Shown here piece by piece: positions 42,196 through 51,746 of a stretch of DNA of 64,000 nt; within the stretch, counting starts at the first letter, position 1, and each line of letters begins with the position of its first letter. The translations under genes and the position numbers were made by a program. Origin of the DNA: Acidobacteriota bacterium (GTDB taxonomy: Bacteria > Acidobacteriota > Blastocatellia > RBC074); NCBI GenBank assembly GCA_037439425.1, contig JBBIWA010000014.1, positions 29,781 to 93,780 of the forward strand, given 5' to 3'. A model generated the notes under the pieces. It was not told the DNA's origin and did no database searches. It saw only the letters and a list, made by a program, of their open reading frames with translations.

Positions 42196-42412
42196 GTCGC
42201 CCGCCTGCGCGGGCTGATGGTTGGTGATCCAATTTGATAGGTCTCCGTTGCTGCCATCGCCCGCGTGTGCGGGCGGGAGTCTCAAAGCTGTAAGTGTTCG
42301 GTCCCATCCCACAGCCCGCGAATGCGGGCAGCAGCTTAAAGCCCAGCTTGGAGCGCGCAGCGCGTGACCCTGGGAGAGGCTGGACAAATGGTTCCCAGCC
42401 CGTGAAACGGGC
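42196..42412. repeat. Array of four GC-rich hairpins GCCCGC-N4-GCGGGC / GCCCG-N5-CGGGC at irregular 56-80-bp spacing, preceded by an AT-rich tract
   Basis: gtcgcccgcctgcgcgggc (42196), atcgcccgcgtgtgcgggc (42258), acagcccgcgaatgcgggc (42313), ccagcccgtgaaacgggc (42395). Stems are conserved. Loops and flanks differ. Confidence 0.5.
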
Positions 42413-42732
42413 GGCAGCCATTACTCATACCGCTACACTCATACAACTAGTTAGGCTCCTACCTGACCAGAACCAGATTGACAGCTACCAGGAATGGCCT
42501 CGCTCAGAAGAGAGAGCTCTACACAGGGCTGGCTTGCGTGCTGATCTCTTCAACGGCCTGTGGCAAGAGCCTTCGCGCCAGATCCTATAATGCGGCTTGA
42601 CAGACTTGAGAAGACCGCTATCTTCTCACCTATGCCTCACGCATAGGCAGATTCTGAGGCTGGCTTGACCAACTTTAGAAAACTTTGTCCTCCTTTTTCT
42701 ACCAAGTCCTACTTGGCACACCCGCCCACAGC

Positions 42733-42966
42733 GGGTGCACGTCTTTATTGTAGGGTGAAAAAGCAGTAAGGATCGGTGGTGAGCCCCGGTGGGGGCATCA
42801 GATGATAGCGAGTCTGAGCCAGCGCGGGTGGGTCCAGGTCTGGAGAGCCTAAGGCCAGCCCCGGCCGGGGCTGGTGGTGGGCGAGAGCTTTCTCTCCACC
42901 AGCGCCCCTAGCGGGGCTAAGGCTTCAACCGATCTTCTTTTGACCCTACAATCGTGACGTGCACCC
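42733..42966. mobile_element. MITE-like element copy 2 (234 bp) with perfect 11-bp TIRs GGGTGCACGTC and 9-bp target-site duplication GCCCACAGC, inserted just upstream of tRNA-Pro
   Basis: Left end is gcccacagc|GGGTGCACGTCtttattgtagggtgaaaaag. Right end is cttttgaccctacaatcgtGACGTGCACCC|gcccacagc. The internal sequence is about 90% identical to the arms of the 1979-2561 copy. Confidence 0.7.
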
Positions 42967-43049
42967 GCCCACAGCTTTGCGGTTGACAAGGCAAACTCTG
43001 GCTCAGTAATATGACTTCTCGTCGCGACCGGCCGTGACTTGAGAGAGTA

Positions 43050-43124
<75 letters not shown>

Positions 43125-43132
43125 CTATTCCC

Positions 43133-43211
43133 AAAGGCAAAAGGCAAATATCAAAAAAGGTGAGGGTTTCCTACGACCATCTTTGCCTTTTCACTTTTGC
43201 CTTTTGCCTTT
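43133..43211 (+). promoter_or_regulatory. Long inverted repeat (AAAGGCAAAAGGCAAA ... TTTGCCTTTTGCCTTT) between tRNA-Pro and acyP. Terminator, attenuator or regulatory hairpin.
   Basis: 16-nt arms separated by about 47 nt. The structure ends 12 nt before the acyP ATG. Confidence 0.4.
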
Positions 43212-43223
43212 TGATTTGCCCTC

Positions 43224-43496
43224 ATGGTTGCCAGACGTTTCATCATTGATGGTGAAGTTCAGGGCGTGGGCTTTCGTTATTTCGCCTTGCGAGCAGCGGC
43301 GCGCCATCAAGTCACAGGCACCGTGCGCAATCTGCCGGATGGCCGGGTGGAAGTGATTGCTGAAGGTGAGCGCGAGGCGATCGAAGAGTTCAAGAAAGAG
43401 CTGGCAACCGGCCCGCGCCTGGCTCGCGTCACCAGGCTGGAGGAACTTGACATCGAGGTGACGGGCCGCTACCGTGACTTCCGCATAGACTACTAA
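43224..43496 (+). CDS. acyP: Acylphosphatase
   Basis: 90 aa. VQGVGFRYF signature and a C-terminal conserved R. This is the classic acylphosphatase pattern. Confidence 0.85.
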   Translation: MVARRFIIDGEVQGVGFRYFALRAAARHQVTGTVRNLPDGRVEVIAEGEREAIEEFKKELATGPRLARVTRLEELDIEVTGRYRDFRIDY

Positions 43497-43521
43497 CCCT
43501 CAATGAAGGAGACAATCCTTG

Positions 43522-44073
43522 ATGGCTGCCCCATTAGTCGAATCGCCAGAGGTAGTGGAACTCAAGCGCTTGATCCGTGAAATCCCGGACTTTCCCAAAC
43601 CTGGGATTCTCTTCTACGACATCACAACTTTGCTCAAAGACGCGCGCGGATTGCGTACCGTCATCAATCGGCTGAGCGAGAATTTCTGCGGCCAGAGGAT
43701 TGACACGGTAATTGGCATCGAGGCGCGCGGATTTATCTTCGCGCCTGCCTTAGCCTATCATCTCGGCGCAGGCTTCGTCCCGGTGCGCAAGCCAAGGAAG
43801 CTTCCCTCCGAGGTCGAAAGCTACACCTATGATCTGGAGTACGGCAAAGACACGCTCGAGATCCATCGTGATGCTATCGGCCAGGGGCATCACGTGATCA
43901 TCGCTGACGACCTGCTCGCTACTGGTGGCACGGCTGAAGCCGTCGTCAGGTTGGTAGAGAAGTTGGGCGGCAAAGTAGCCGGGTTAGCCTTTGTGATCGA
44001 ACTAGAGTTTTTGAGAGGGCGCGAGCGTCTGGCTGGCTATGATGTCTTCTCGCTACTGAAATATCAGTCCTGA
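43522..44073 (+). CDS. apt: Adenine phosphoribosyltransferase
   Basis: [43 protein letters not shown] and the PRPP motif [26 protein letters not shown]. Confidence 0.9.
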   Translation: MAAPLVESPEVVELKRLIREIPDFPKPGILFYDITTLLKDARGLRTVINRLSENFCGQRIDTVIGIEARGFIFAPALAYHLGAGFVPVRKPRKLPSEVESYTYDLEYGKDTLEIHRDAIGQGHHVIIADDLLATGGTAEAVVRLVEKLGGKVAGLAFVIELEFLRGRERLAGYDVFSLLKYQS

Positions 44074-44110
44074 TCGGGTGCGTCCGTCTGGCACACTTGA
44101 GAGAGGCCCC

Positions 44111-45463
44111 ATGAGCTCTGGTCTCACCCCGCCTGGGCCGAAAGGCCATTTCTTGATCGGCCATCTACTGGATTCCAATCGGGACACGCTCAACTTTCTG
44201 ACTCAATGTGCTCGCCAGTATGGCGACATAGTCTATCTCACTGCTTTCAATTTGCCGATCTACCTGCTCAATCATCCCGATGATATCGAGTACGTGCTGG
44301 TCACAAACAATCGAAACTTTATCAAAGACAAGTGGCTGCGCACGCGCGCGGGCCGGAGACTGCTCGGCAATGGGTTGCTGACCAGCGAGGGCGATTTCTG
44401 GCTCCGGCAGCGACGACTAGCGCAACCAGCTTTTCATCGCGAGCAGGTTGCCGCTTATGGCCAAATCATGGTGGATTACACTGAGCGAATGCTTGCCAAT
44501 TGGCAAGCTGGTCAGGTGCACGACATTCACCAGGACATGATGCGGCTGACACTGGAGATCGTGGCGAAAACGCTCTTCGATGCTGATGCTGCCAGCGCAG
44601 CTGATGAAGTCGGCCGTGCGCTGGAAGTTGTGGCTGCCCTGTTCGATTCTCAGGCGAGCTTTTCTGATTTTCTAGGGAACTTGCTGCCGATGCCCAGCTA
44701 TTTCCGGTTTCACCAGGCAGTCAAGCGGCTCGACCGGATCATTCACCACATCATCCAACAACGCCGGAGCAGCGGTCAGGAGAAGAAAGACCTGCTCGCC
44801 CTGTTGCTCGCTGCGCAAGATGAAGACGGAAGCCGAATGACAGATCAGCAATTGCGCGATGAGACGATGACTCTGTTTCTTGCGGGCCACGAAACGACGG
44901 CGCTCGCTTTGTCCTGGACCTGGTATCTGCTGGCGCAGCATCCGGAAGTGGAGAATAAGCTAGTAGCGGAGCTGCGGGAAGTGTTGAGAGGCCGCGCGCC
45001 CAGCGTCACGGACTTGCCGCAGCTACGCTATGCTGAGAGGGTGATCAAGGAAGCCATGCGGTTGTATCCGCCAGCCTGGGCCATTGGCCGTGAGGCAATT
45101 GAAGATTGCGAGATTGGCGGCTATCACGTGCCTGCCGGAGCGCAGATCATGCTCTGCCAGTGGATACTACATCGGGATGCTCGCTACTTTGATCAGCCGG
45201 AGCAATTCAGCCCCGACCGCTGGGATGAGGAATTGGAGAAAAGACTACCGCGATACGCCTATTTTCCTTTTGGCGGTGGGCCGAGACTTTGCATCGGCAG
45301 CTCCTTTGCCATGATGGAAGCCGTGTTGATTCTGGCCACTATTGCGTCACGATACCAGCTCAAGCTGGTGGCCGGGCATTCGGTTACCCCGATGCCTTCT
45401 ATTACTTTGCGCCCGAAAGAAGGGATCAAAGTGGAGGTGGCCAGCCGGGGCGGCACCTTGTAA
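44111..45463 (+). CDS. Cytochrome P450
   Basis: Heme-binding loop FGGGPRLCIGSSFA, the EXXR segment ETMRLYP and the I-helix AGHETT. Confidence 0.85.
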   Translation: MSSGLTPPGPKGHFLIGHLLDSNRDTLNFLTQCARQYGDIVYLTAFNLPIYLLNHPDDIEYVLVTNNRNFIKDKWLRTRAGRRLLGNGLLTSEGDFWLRQRRLAQPAFHREQVAAYGQIMVDYTERMLANWQAGQVHDIHQDMMRLTLEIVAKTLFDADAASAADEVGRALEVVAALFDSQASFSDFLGNLLPMPSYFRFHQAVKRLDRIIHHIIQQRRSSGQEKKDLLALLLAAQDEDGSRMTDQQLRDETMTLFLAGHETTALALSWTWYLLAQHPEVENKLVAELREVLRGRAPSVTDLPQLRYAERVIKEAMRLYPPAWAIGREAIEDCEIGGYHVPAGAQIMLCQWILHRDARYFDQPEQFSPDRWDEELEKRLPRYAYFPFGGGPRLCIGSSFAMMEAVLILATIASRYQLKLVAGHSVTPMPSITLRPKEGIKVEVASRGGTL

Positions 45464-45541
45464 TCGAACCTTCGAGTAAATAGCCCACCAGCATCATCCT
45501 GTCCGCCATTCACCACGCACTGCGGCAAAAGGAGAGGGAAA

Positions 45542-45574
45542 CAAAAAAAGGCCGTAGCCAGGAAAGCCACGGCC
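45542..45574 (-). terminator. Intrinsic terminator (stem GGCCGT...ACGGCC with a T7 run on the minus strand) downstream of the 45683-46042 gene. Also sits after the P450 stop.
   Basis: On the minus strand: ggacaggccgtggctttcctggctacggcctttttttg. Confidence 0.55.
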
Positions 45575-45682
45575 TGTCCAAACCTCAGGAAAGGAGGAGA
45601 GACGAAGGTGTTAAATTGGATCTTCCATACTTCGGATCAAGGATCGGCAAAGGCAGATTGGATAGCTGTCATCACCATCGTA

Positions 45683-46042
45683 TTATTGAACATCGCCAGC
45701 AAGAAGGTAGCCATTCCAATCTGAGTCAGGTCGCCGCTTGCGAAAGCGGCTCGGGCGCTGCCGGAGCGCATCAATCAACCGCGGATTACCTGTTAGCTTG
45801 AGCAGAATATTCGGCCCATTGAAGAAACAGGTCACGCATTTGAAGACCGAGCCGGGATAGCTGAAAGTATCTAGCTGCGCTGTGACGAATTCCCGATCAA
45901 GGGCCGCCTGAGCAGTGCCAAAGTCTTCCAGTAGGGCGACGATTTCGTCCTCACTTGCTGCTCCACGGTTGAGCGAGAGAATGAAGAGATTGCTGATGCC
46001 GCCCGCTTTGGCATAAGCCTTCCGGCTTATCGCCCACATCAC
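45683..46042 (-). CDS. Hypothetical protein (119 aa), no recognisable domain
   Basis: An ORF with a dedicated downstream intrinsic terminator. Composition is typical of coding sequence. No motif recognised. Confidence 0.4.
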   Translation of the reverse strand: MMWAISRKAYAKAGGISNLFILSLNRGAASEDEIVALLEDFGTAQAALDREFVTAQLDTFSYPGSVFKCVTCFFNGPNILLKLTGNPRLIDALRQRPSRFRKRRPDSDWNGYLLAGDVQ

Positions 46043-46737
46043 TGAGTCACCGCCACCCCTGGAGTCGGCTGCTCACCAGCGCCAATCACCCCGGTGCCAT
46101 AGGGGGCATTGTACTTGCTGCCGCAGGTCAGAATAGTGCCTCAACTGCTACAGAGTTGGTAGCTATTAGGGGTCAGCTTTCAGCTTGTAGCAAGACCACT
46201 ACCAGAACGACGTTGAAAGAGCAGTAGCCAATGACTGACAGCGACACTGCTCCCAGTGAGTTTTATTACTGAATGGAAAAACTATTGACTCGAACCCAAA
46301 ATTCAAATGCGAGCTCGTCAGTAGTTCCTGGAATAAGCCGGTTGTCTAAGACTTCCTGACGCTGGTTCGAGGGTGAACTCTAGCAGTGCATACCTGATAC
46401 GATGTTAGCGGCGCCCGTTGAATAGTGAGGATCAACCGCCAGGGGTTTCAGGCAAGGGCGATTATACATGGCTGAGTGAGACACTTCAACATGATTTCCA
46501 AACAGTCTCAGCAGCGGGGTGCAACTAAAAACGGGACGAGACCGCAACAGCTTGCCCTCACGAGCGCACGCTTCTAGTGCACCTAACTCGTGCCCTCCCA
46601 CAGCACGTAAGATGCGTGCGCTCCCAGGACCAGTCCCACTTTCAATTGCACCTTCGGCGGCAGCTTCTCTGAAGGACTGAAGACAGGCGTGGCCGCGCTG
46701 ATGGTGGTTGGCCGGGCCAACGGAAAGGGCGTCGAAA

Positions 46738-47244
46738 TCAGGGTTCGGTTCCAGCCGGAGTCTCACGGAATTCGACCGGTTCGCGGCAACACATGCAAGG
46801 TCCTGGTTTGTGCGTGACAATGTTGCAGACTTCGCAGTAGTAATAGAGATCATAGAGCTGGCCATCGCGCAGCGATTGCAGCTTGATTACCTCAATGAAT
46901 GAGGTAGCAGGAAACAACCGCGCTGTCACCTGCAACTTGCGCTCGCGCACTCGTTGATCGTCATAGATGGCGGCGGCAGTATCAGTGGGAAGGAAAGGGT
47001 AGAGTTTACCTTCGGCTGTTTTGAGACTGTAGAGATGGCCTCGTTTGTCACAGTCGGTCGTGGTGTGATAAAGACGGTCCAGTTCCTCAGTCAGACAAAC
47101 TACCTGACCACGCAAAATGATGGGTGAAGGCTCTTGCAGCGGTTTCTCTGAAGAAAGCCTCTCCTGAGCCGAAGCAATCTGACTCAGCGCGCCGAGCCAC
47201 AGCAGCGCAAGCAGCACGATTTGTTTGAGCAGCCGATTCATCAT
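46738..47244 (-). CDS. Small secreted hypothetical protein with a C-terminal Cys cluster (C-x2-C-x9-C-x-C-C)
   Basis: The internal start MMNRLLKQIVLLALLWLGALSQIASA (a signal peptide) is preceded by a GGGAGA RBS. It ends ...YYCEVCNIVTHKPGPCMCCREP. Confidence 0.55.
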   Translation of the reverse strand: MMNRLLKQIVLLALLWLGALSQIASAQERLSSEKPLQEPSPIILRGQVVCLTEELDRLYHTTTDCDKRGHLYSLKTAEGKLYPFLPTDTAAAIYDDQRVRERKLQVTARLFPATSFIEVIKLQSLRDGQLYDLYYYCEVCNIVTHKPGPCMCCREPVEFRETPAGTEP

Positions 47245-47454
47245 TTTTATTCTCCCTGCAGAGACTTTACCAGATGGTCCAGCTGAGCGCAATTGAGAGA
47301 GAGAAAGTTCTCGCTGAAACAGCTACCGAAATTGTTACCCCCAAGCTATAATCACTGTCGGCTTCCGATGGGAAGCGAAAAACCAAATTGAAAGGTAGTT
47401 GTTAGATTCGGCGCCTCACCTACCAAATCACCAGCAATCAGTTCCAGACGCTTC

Positions 47455-48894
47455 ATGCAGACGAAACATTTTCACCTCATTGGGGTATGCGGCACAGCAA
47501 TGGCTTCGCTCGCGGGCTTGCTCAAGGCTCAAGGCCATCGCGTCACCGGTTCGGACAAAGCTTTTTACCCGCCGATGTCTGACGAGCTGCGGCGACTCGG
47601 CATTGAGACTTACGATAGTTTTGATCCCGCGCACCTGCAACCGCCGCCGGATGTAGTGGTGATTGGCAATGCGACCTCGCGCGGCAATCCTGAGATCGAA
47701 TATGTGTTGAATGCCAAACTGCGTTACGCATCGATGCCTGAAGTGATTCGTGAGCATTTCATTCGCGGACGTCACTCGGTTGTCGTTGCGGGCACGCACG
47801 GCAAGACGACGACCACTTCACTGTTAGCCTGGGTGATGGAGTTGGGGGGGCTGGATCCTACTTTTCTCCTTGGAGGTGTGGCGGAGAATTTTGGCGCAAG
47901 CTTCAAGCTGGGCTCGTCTGATTACTTCTTGATCGAAGGAGATGAATACGATACGGCTTACTTCGACAAGGGCGCGAAATTCATGCACTATTTGCCCGAC
48001 ACGGTAGTACTCAACAACATCGAGTACGATCATGCCGACATCTATCCAGACCTTGAAGCGGTCAAGAAGGCATTTCGGTTGCTGGTCAATCTAATCCCTT
48101 CCAACGGCTGCTTGGTGGCAGGTTGGGATTCCCCCTTGGTGCGCGAGATCATCACGCAGGTAGTGGCTCCCCAAGGCGTTTGGTGTCGGGTCGAGAGCTT
48201 TGGCATTGACAGCGAAGCTAAATGGACGGCGCGAGAGATAGACTTTTCACCTGCTGAGACTCGCTTTACAGTCTTTTGCGAAAACAAGGAGCTAGCCCGG
48301 TTCTGCACCCCGCTGGCGGGCTATTTCAATGTGCGTAACTGTTTGGGAGCTATTGTGGCGGCCGAGTGGCTGGGCATCGACCGGAAGGCGGTGGCCGAAG
48401 CGCTAGCGACCTTCAAGAGCGTCAAGCGGCGGATGCAGGTGCGCGGCGTCGTAGATGGTGTCACGGTGATTGACGACTTTGCGCATCATCCAACGGCCGT
48501 GCGCGAAACTCTACAAGCGGTTGCACAAAAGTACCCGCAACGTCGCATCGTCGCCATCTTTGAGCCGCGCTCGTGGACTTCGCGCAAGAAGGTCTTCCAG
48601 CAGCAGTATGCGCAAGCCTTCTCATCTGCGAGCGAAGTTGTGATTGCCCCTCTCTTTGAATCTTTCCGTTTAGCCGCTGACGATCAATTATCGGTTGAGG
48701 AGTTGGTGGCCGCCTTAGCTGCGCAAGGAAAGGTCGCTGCCTCAATTGAAGGGGCCGAGGCGATCGTGGCATATCTTGCACCGCGCTTGCGGTCTGGCGA
48801 TGTAGTGGTCATTATGTCTAATGGAGGTTTTGGAGGGATTCATCAGAAGATGCTCGAGGCTCTTGAATCGCGTAGCCGCGGTTCGGTCGCTTGA
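47455..48894 (+). CDS. mpl: UDP-N-acetylmuramate:L-alanyl-gamma-D-glutamyl-meso-diaminopimelate ligase (murein peptide ligase)
   Basis: The Mur-ligase N-terminus HFHLIGVCGTAMASLA...YPPMS...GNATSRGNPE...VAGTHGKTTT matches the Mpl pattern as recalled from E. coli Mpl, rather than MurC. Length 479 aa. Confidence 0.75.
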   Translation: MQTKHFHLIGVCGTAMASLAGLLKAQGHRVTGSDKAFYPPMSDELRRLGIETYDSFDPAHLQPPPDVVVIGNATSRGNPEIEYVLNAKLRYASMPEVIREHFIRGRHSVVVAGTHGKTTTTSLLAWVMELGGLDPTFLLGGVAENFGASFKLGSSDYFLIEGDEYDTAYFDKGAKFMHYLPDTVVLNNIEYDHADIYPDLEAVKKAFRLLVNLIPSNGCLVAGWDSPLVREIITQVVAPQGVWCRVESFGIDSEAKWTAREIDFSPAETRFTVFCENKELARFCTPLAGYFNVRNCLGAIVAAEWLGIDRKAVAEALATFKSVKRRMQVRGVVDGVTVIDDFAHHPTAVRETLQAVAQKYPQRRIVAIFEPRSWTSRKKVFQQQYAQAFSSASEVVIAPLFESFRLAADDQLSVEELVAALAAQGKVAASIEGAEAIVAYLAPRLRSGDVVVIMSNGGFGGIHQKMLEALESRSRGSVA

Positions 48895-48941
48895 TTCAGT
48901 GCATCAGGAGAAGCAGATCCATTTTGATCGGGAGGGGAAAG

Positions 48942-49406
48942 ATGCGACTAGTGTCTAGAGGTAGCGTTTTAATCTTCTTGGCGCTGGCAGTTTGCCAAGT
49001 GAGCCTGGCAAAGGGCCAGACTCAGAATGCTTCAGGAAAAGAACAAGATCAGCCCTACGTGGTCGAATACTATTACAAAGCGCGCTGGGGCTACGCCGAT
49101 GAATTTATTCGACTCTTTAAGAAGAATCACTTTCCTGTGCTCAAGAAACAGATCGAAACCGGGCGCATTCTTCAGGTGAGCGCTGTGCGCCCGCGCTATC
49201 ACGCCACGGAAGATGGGCGTTGGGATTACAAGGTGACGATTGTCTTTAAAAACCTCGCGGCCGCTCACGATTCGAGCCAGGAAGAAGCCATCATCAAACA
49301 ACTCTTTCCGGATCAGGAGACATTCCGCCGCGAAGAGCAGCGGCGCTTCGAGATCTTGCTGGCGCACTGGGACGTGCCGGTCGTCAGTGTCGTCCTAGAT
49401 CAGTAG
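48942..49406 (+). CDS. Secreted hypothetical protein (about 155 aa)
   Basis: Signal peptide MRLVSRGSVLIFLALAVCQVSLA after a GGGAGGGGAAAG RBS. An AT-rich terminator-like tract follows. Confidence 0.55.
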   Translation: MRLVSRGSVLIFLALAVCQVSLAKGQTQNASGKEQDQPYVVEYYYKARWGYADEFIRLFKKNHFPVLKKQIETGRILQVSAVRPRYHATEDGRWDYKVTIVFKNLAAAHDSSQEEAIIKQLFPDQETFRREEQRRFEILLAHWDVPVVSVVLDQ

Positions 49407-50235
49407 CGCGGCCAGATTAACGGCCAGATTAAGGCTTCTGTTAAAAAATAAGTTGATGCTCTGTAGCACAAAGTGCAGCTTTTCGGCTTTTTTCAAACCT
49501 GCGTTAGAAAATGGATCAATTTATTTTTTAACGAAGCCTAAATGACGCGCCAGCGATGACACAGGGGAGAGTTTGCCCGCTTGAGCAGCGCTCCGAAAAT
49601 TTTTTGGCTAGGAGCGAAAAAAAGACTTCCCCACAACCCCCCTTCTGACTATAATAGCCCCATCGTAATCACTGGGGTTTGCTTTTCAAAGTTTGATGCG
49701 GCGACCTACCGCGCTGCGTCAAAACCACGAGAGGAGTCCTGCGTAGTACGCACAAGTTTTTTGAGCGAATTGAGACCTGAGAGCTAGAGGGCGAGCGAGT
49801 TTGATTCTTGTTCGTTACGTGTGGCTTGGCAACGTGACCTCACAGCCTGTGTCTGAAGAAGACGGATTCTAGCGTTTCTCGGTGAAGTTATGACGGGAAC
49901 GGTTGACGCTCATCTCGCCAAAGATTTCCGGCAGAATTTTGGCACCCATCTGGCTGCGTCAACTCCGTCCACCCGGAGTTGGCGATAACGTGTAAAAAAT
50001 TTAATCCGGTAGGAGATAGACCTGATTTCGTGAGAGACGAGGACTCTCGTTCGTGCTGACGACTGCACGAAGGTGCGGGCTTCAGTATCGGGGCTCTCTT
50101 TCTTCGTTGGGGGACCGCTCACTCCGCCAGGATATGGGTCTGGTACTGGAAGCTTGGTCCCGAGAGCTTCAGCTCATGTGCTTGGGCTACTTACCAGCTA
50201 GCATCCTTAAGTTTGTAGGCTAAGATGTCAGGAAG

Positions 50236-51435
50236 GTGATCATGAAAGCCCCCACAACAATGTCGTGGAACTCTTACCTGAAAAAGAATGACGCCCTGGG
50301 ACTGTGGAACTCCCTCTACCGCCTGGTCTCAGTCCATCCTCTGGTTCGCTCCACGCTCCGCGCTCAGAACGGAGCGACGCATCCCACGCTACTGTTTTCG
50401 GTACGCGATCTCACCCAGGACCTGTTTGTGCTCCTGCTTGAGAAGGGACGCTTCGAGCATTACCTGAGAGCTCAGATGAGTGATGCGGAGATTGAGCGCG
50501 AGATCTTCCAGATCGAGCTGACCAACATGTTGATCGGGCGACTGAGGCGGCGGCGACCAGAAAATTACCGCATTGTGCGACGGGTGAGCAAAGTACTGGA
50601 AAGCAGCGGGCGATTCCGGGTGTTCAACCATAACGGTAAAAACACCCCGGCGCGCTATCATCAATCGGCTGGGACTATCTTCGGCTTGCGCGAATGGAGT
50701 GACGATAAGCCGATCAAGGATGGCGGCACCTTCGCCGAATTGATCGAGCAAGTCCCTATGCGCCAGCGCAATCGCCGCCGGGTCGGCTGCCGGGGCGAGG
50801 CGCAACTGATCATCACCAATCAAGAGCTGAGTGACTTGATGGAAGAGATTTTGCGCGCGATTGATTCGCCGGCTCCGCTCCGCTTGCTGCGCTCGCTGGC
50901 GCTGTCGAAACTGCCTGTCTATGACGCCGTCCTCAGCTCGCTGGAGGATGAGGTGGATGAAGAACGGCAGGGTCACTCACGCCACCAGATGATAGCTTCT
51001 ACCGAAGCCAGTCCGGAACAGATAGCGCTGCGCCACGAACAGGAAGAGCTGGCACGGCGGGCTGCAACGGAGTTTCTCGACCACATTCACCGCATGACGC
51101 GTGCACACCCGCAGCGCACCGAGCGTTTCTGGCGTGTGCTCTGGCACTGCTACTTTGATCCGGCCGAACCGTCGCAACTTTCCATTGCCGAGATGGTGGG
51201 CATTTCTGATTCCTCGGTGAGCGACTATCGCCGCAAGCTCGAAGACGAGTTGCGCAAACTGAGACTCGCTCCTGAGGAGCTGCGGTTCTTTGCCGAAGAG
51301 CTGGACGAGCAGTTGCGGCTGCGTCTGGATACACTTGAACCGCCCAGGCAGCGGGCCGACTGGCCAGCTACCACCGACTGGCCACGCTACAGCTACGATT
51401 CCCTGGTGCAGCTTGAAGGCATCCCTGTGGTTTGA
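50236..51435 (+). CDS. Hypothetical protein (399 aa) with sigma-70 region-2-like and region-4-like (HTH) segments. Candidate divergent sigma/regulatory factor heading the EPS locus.
   Basis: [20 protein letters not shown]...[17 protein letters not shown] resembles the ECF sigma region 2. The C-terminal [32 protein letters not shown] resembles a region 4 HTH. A long Arg/Glu-rich linker lies between them. The assignment is an inference. Confidence 0.55.
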   Translation: MIMKAPTTMSWNSYLKKNDALGLWNSLYRLVSVHPLVRSTLRAQNGATHPTLLFSVRDLTQDLFVLLLEKGRFEHYLRAQMSDAEIEREIFQIELTNMLIGRLRRRRPENYRIVRRVSKVLESSGRFRVFNHNGKNTPARYHQSAGTIFGLREWSDDKPIKDGGTFAELIEQVPMRQRNRRRVGCRGEAQLIITNQELSDLMEEILRAIDSPAPLRLLRSLALSKLPVYDAVLSSLEDEVDEERQGHSRHQMIASTEASPEQIALRHEQEELARRAATEFLDHIHRMTRAHPQRTERFWRVLWHCYFDPAEPSQLSIAEMVGISDSSVSDYRRKLEDELRKLRLAPEELRFFAEELDEQLRLRLDTLEPPRQRADWPATTDWPRYSYDSLVQLEGIPVV

Positions 51436-51746
51436 AGCTCAGAAGCAGCCCCCGAGACTATCAAGTGCCCCCTTCCTTGCCCACCTGCCTGCTGAAGTTT
51501 GTTCTTGTCTAATCTTCCCAGCGAAGCTATGATCTAGTAGCCCGTAACGCCCTGTGCTCAAACTGAGAAGAGCCAAACTGAGAAGAGATGGTTAACAAGG
51601 CTGATTTCAATGGCGTAATTACACGCCCTGGATTATGATGCGCATTCCCTTCTTCCCCGAAGACAGAATTGGGTAATCCAATCTTCGTTGGCGCGATGGG
51701 TGTGGTGAGCTTGAGCACCTGGTAATGAGCGCTATGAGGAGAGAGT

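Noticed and set aside
46380-46865. 161-aa minus-strand ORF
   Set aside because: It overlaps the 3' end of the signal-peptide gene 46738-47244 out of frame, and has Ala/Gly/Arg-skewed low-complexity composition and no RBS. The signal-peptide ORF is the better model.
49407-50235. Known structured RNA (RNase P, tmRNA, SRP, 6S, cobalamin or c-di-GMP riboswitch) in the long leader
   Set aside because: None of the diagnostic conserved blocks I can recall (for example RNase P GGAAAGTCCGGGCTCC, tmRNA tag-peptide frame, B12 box) are present. It is left as an unexplained leader rather than a called ncRNA.
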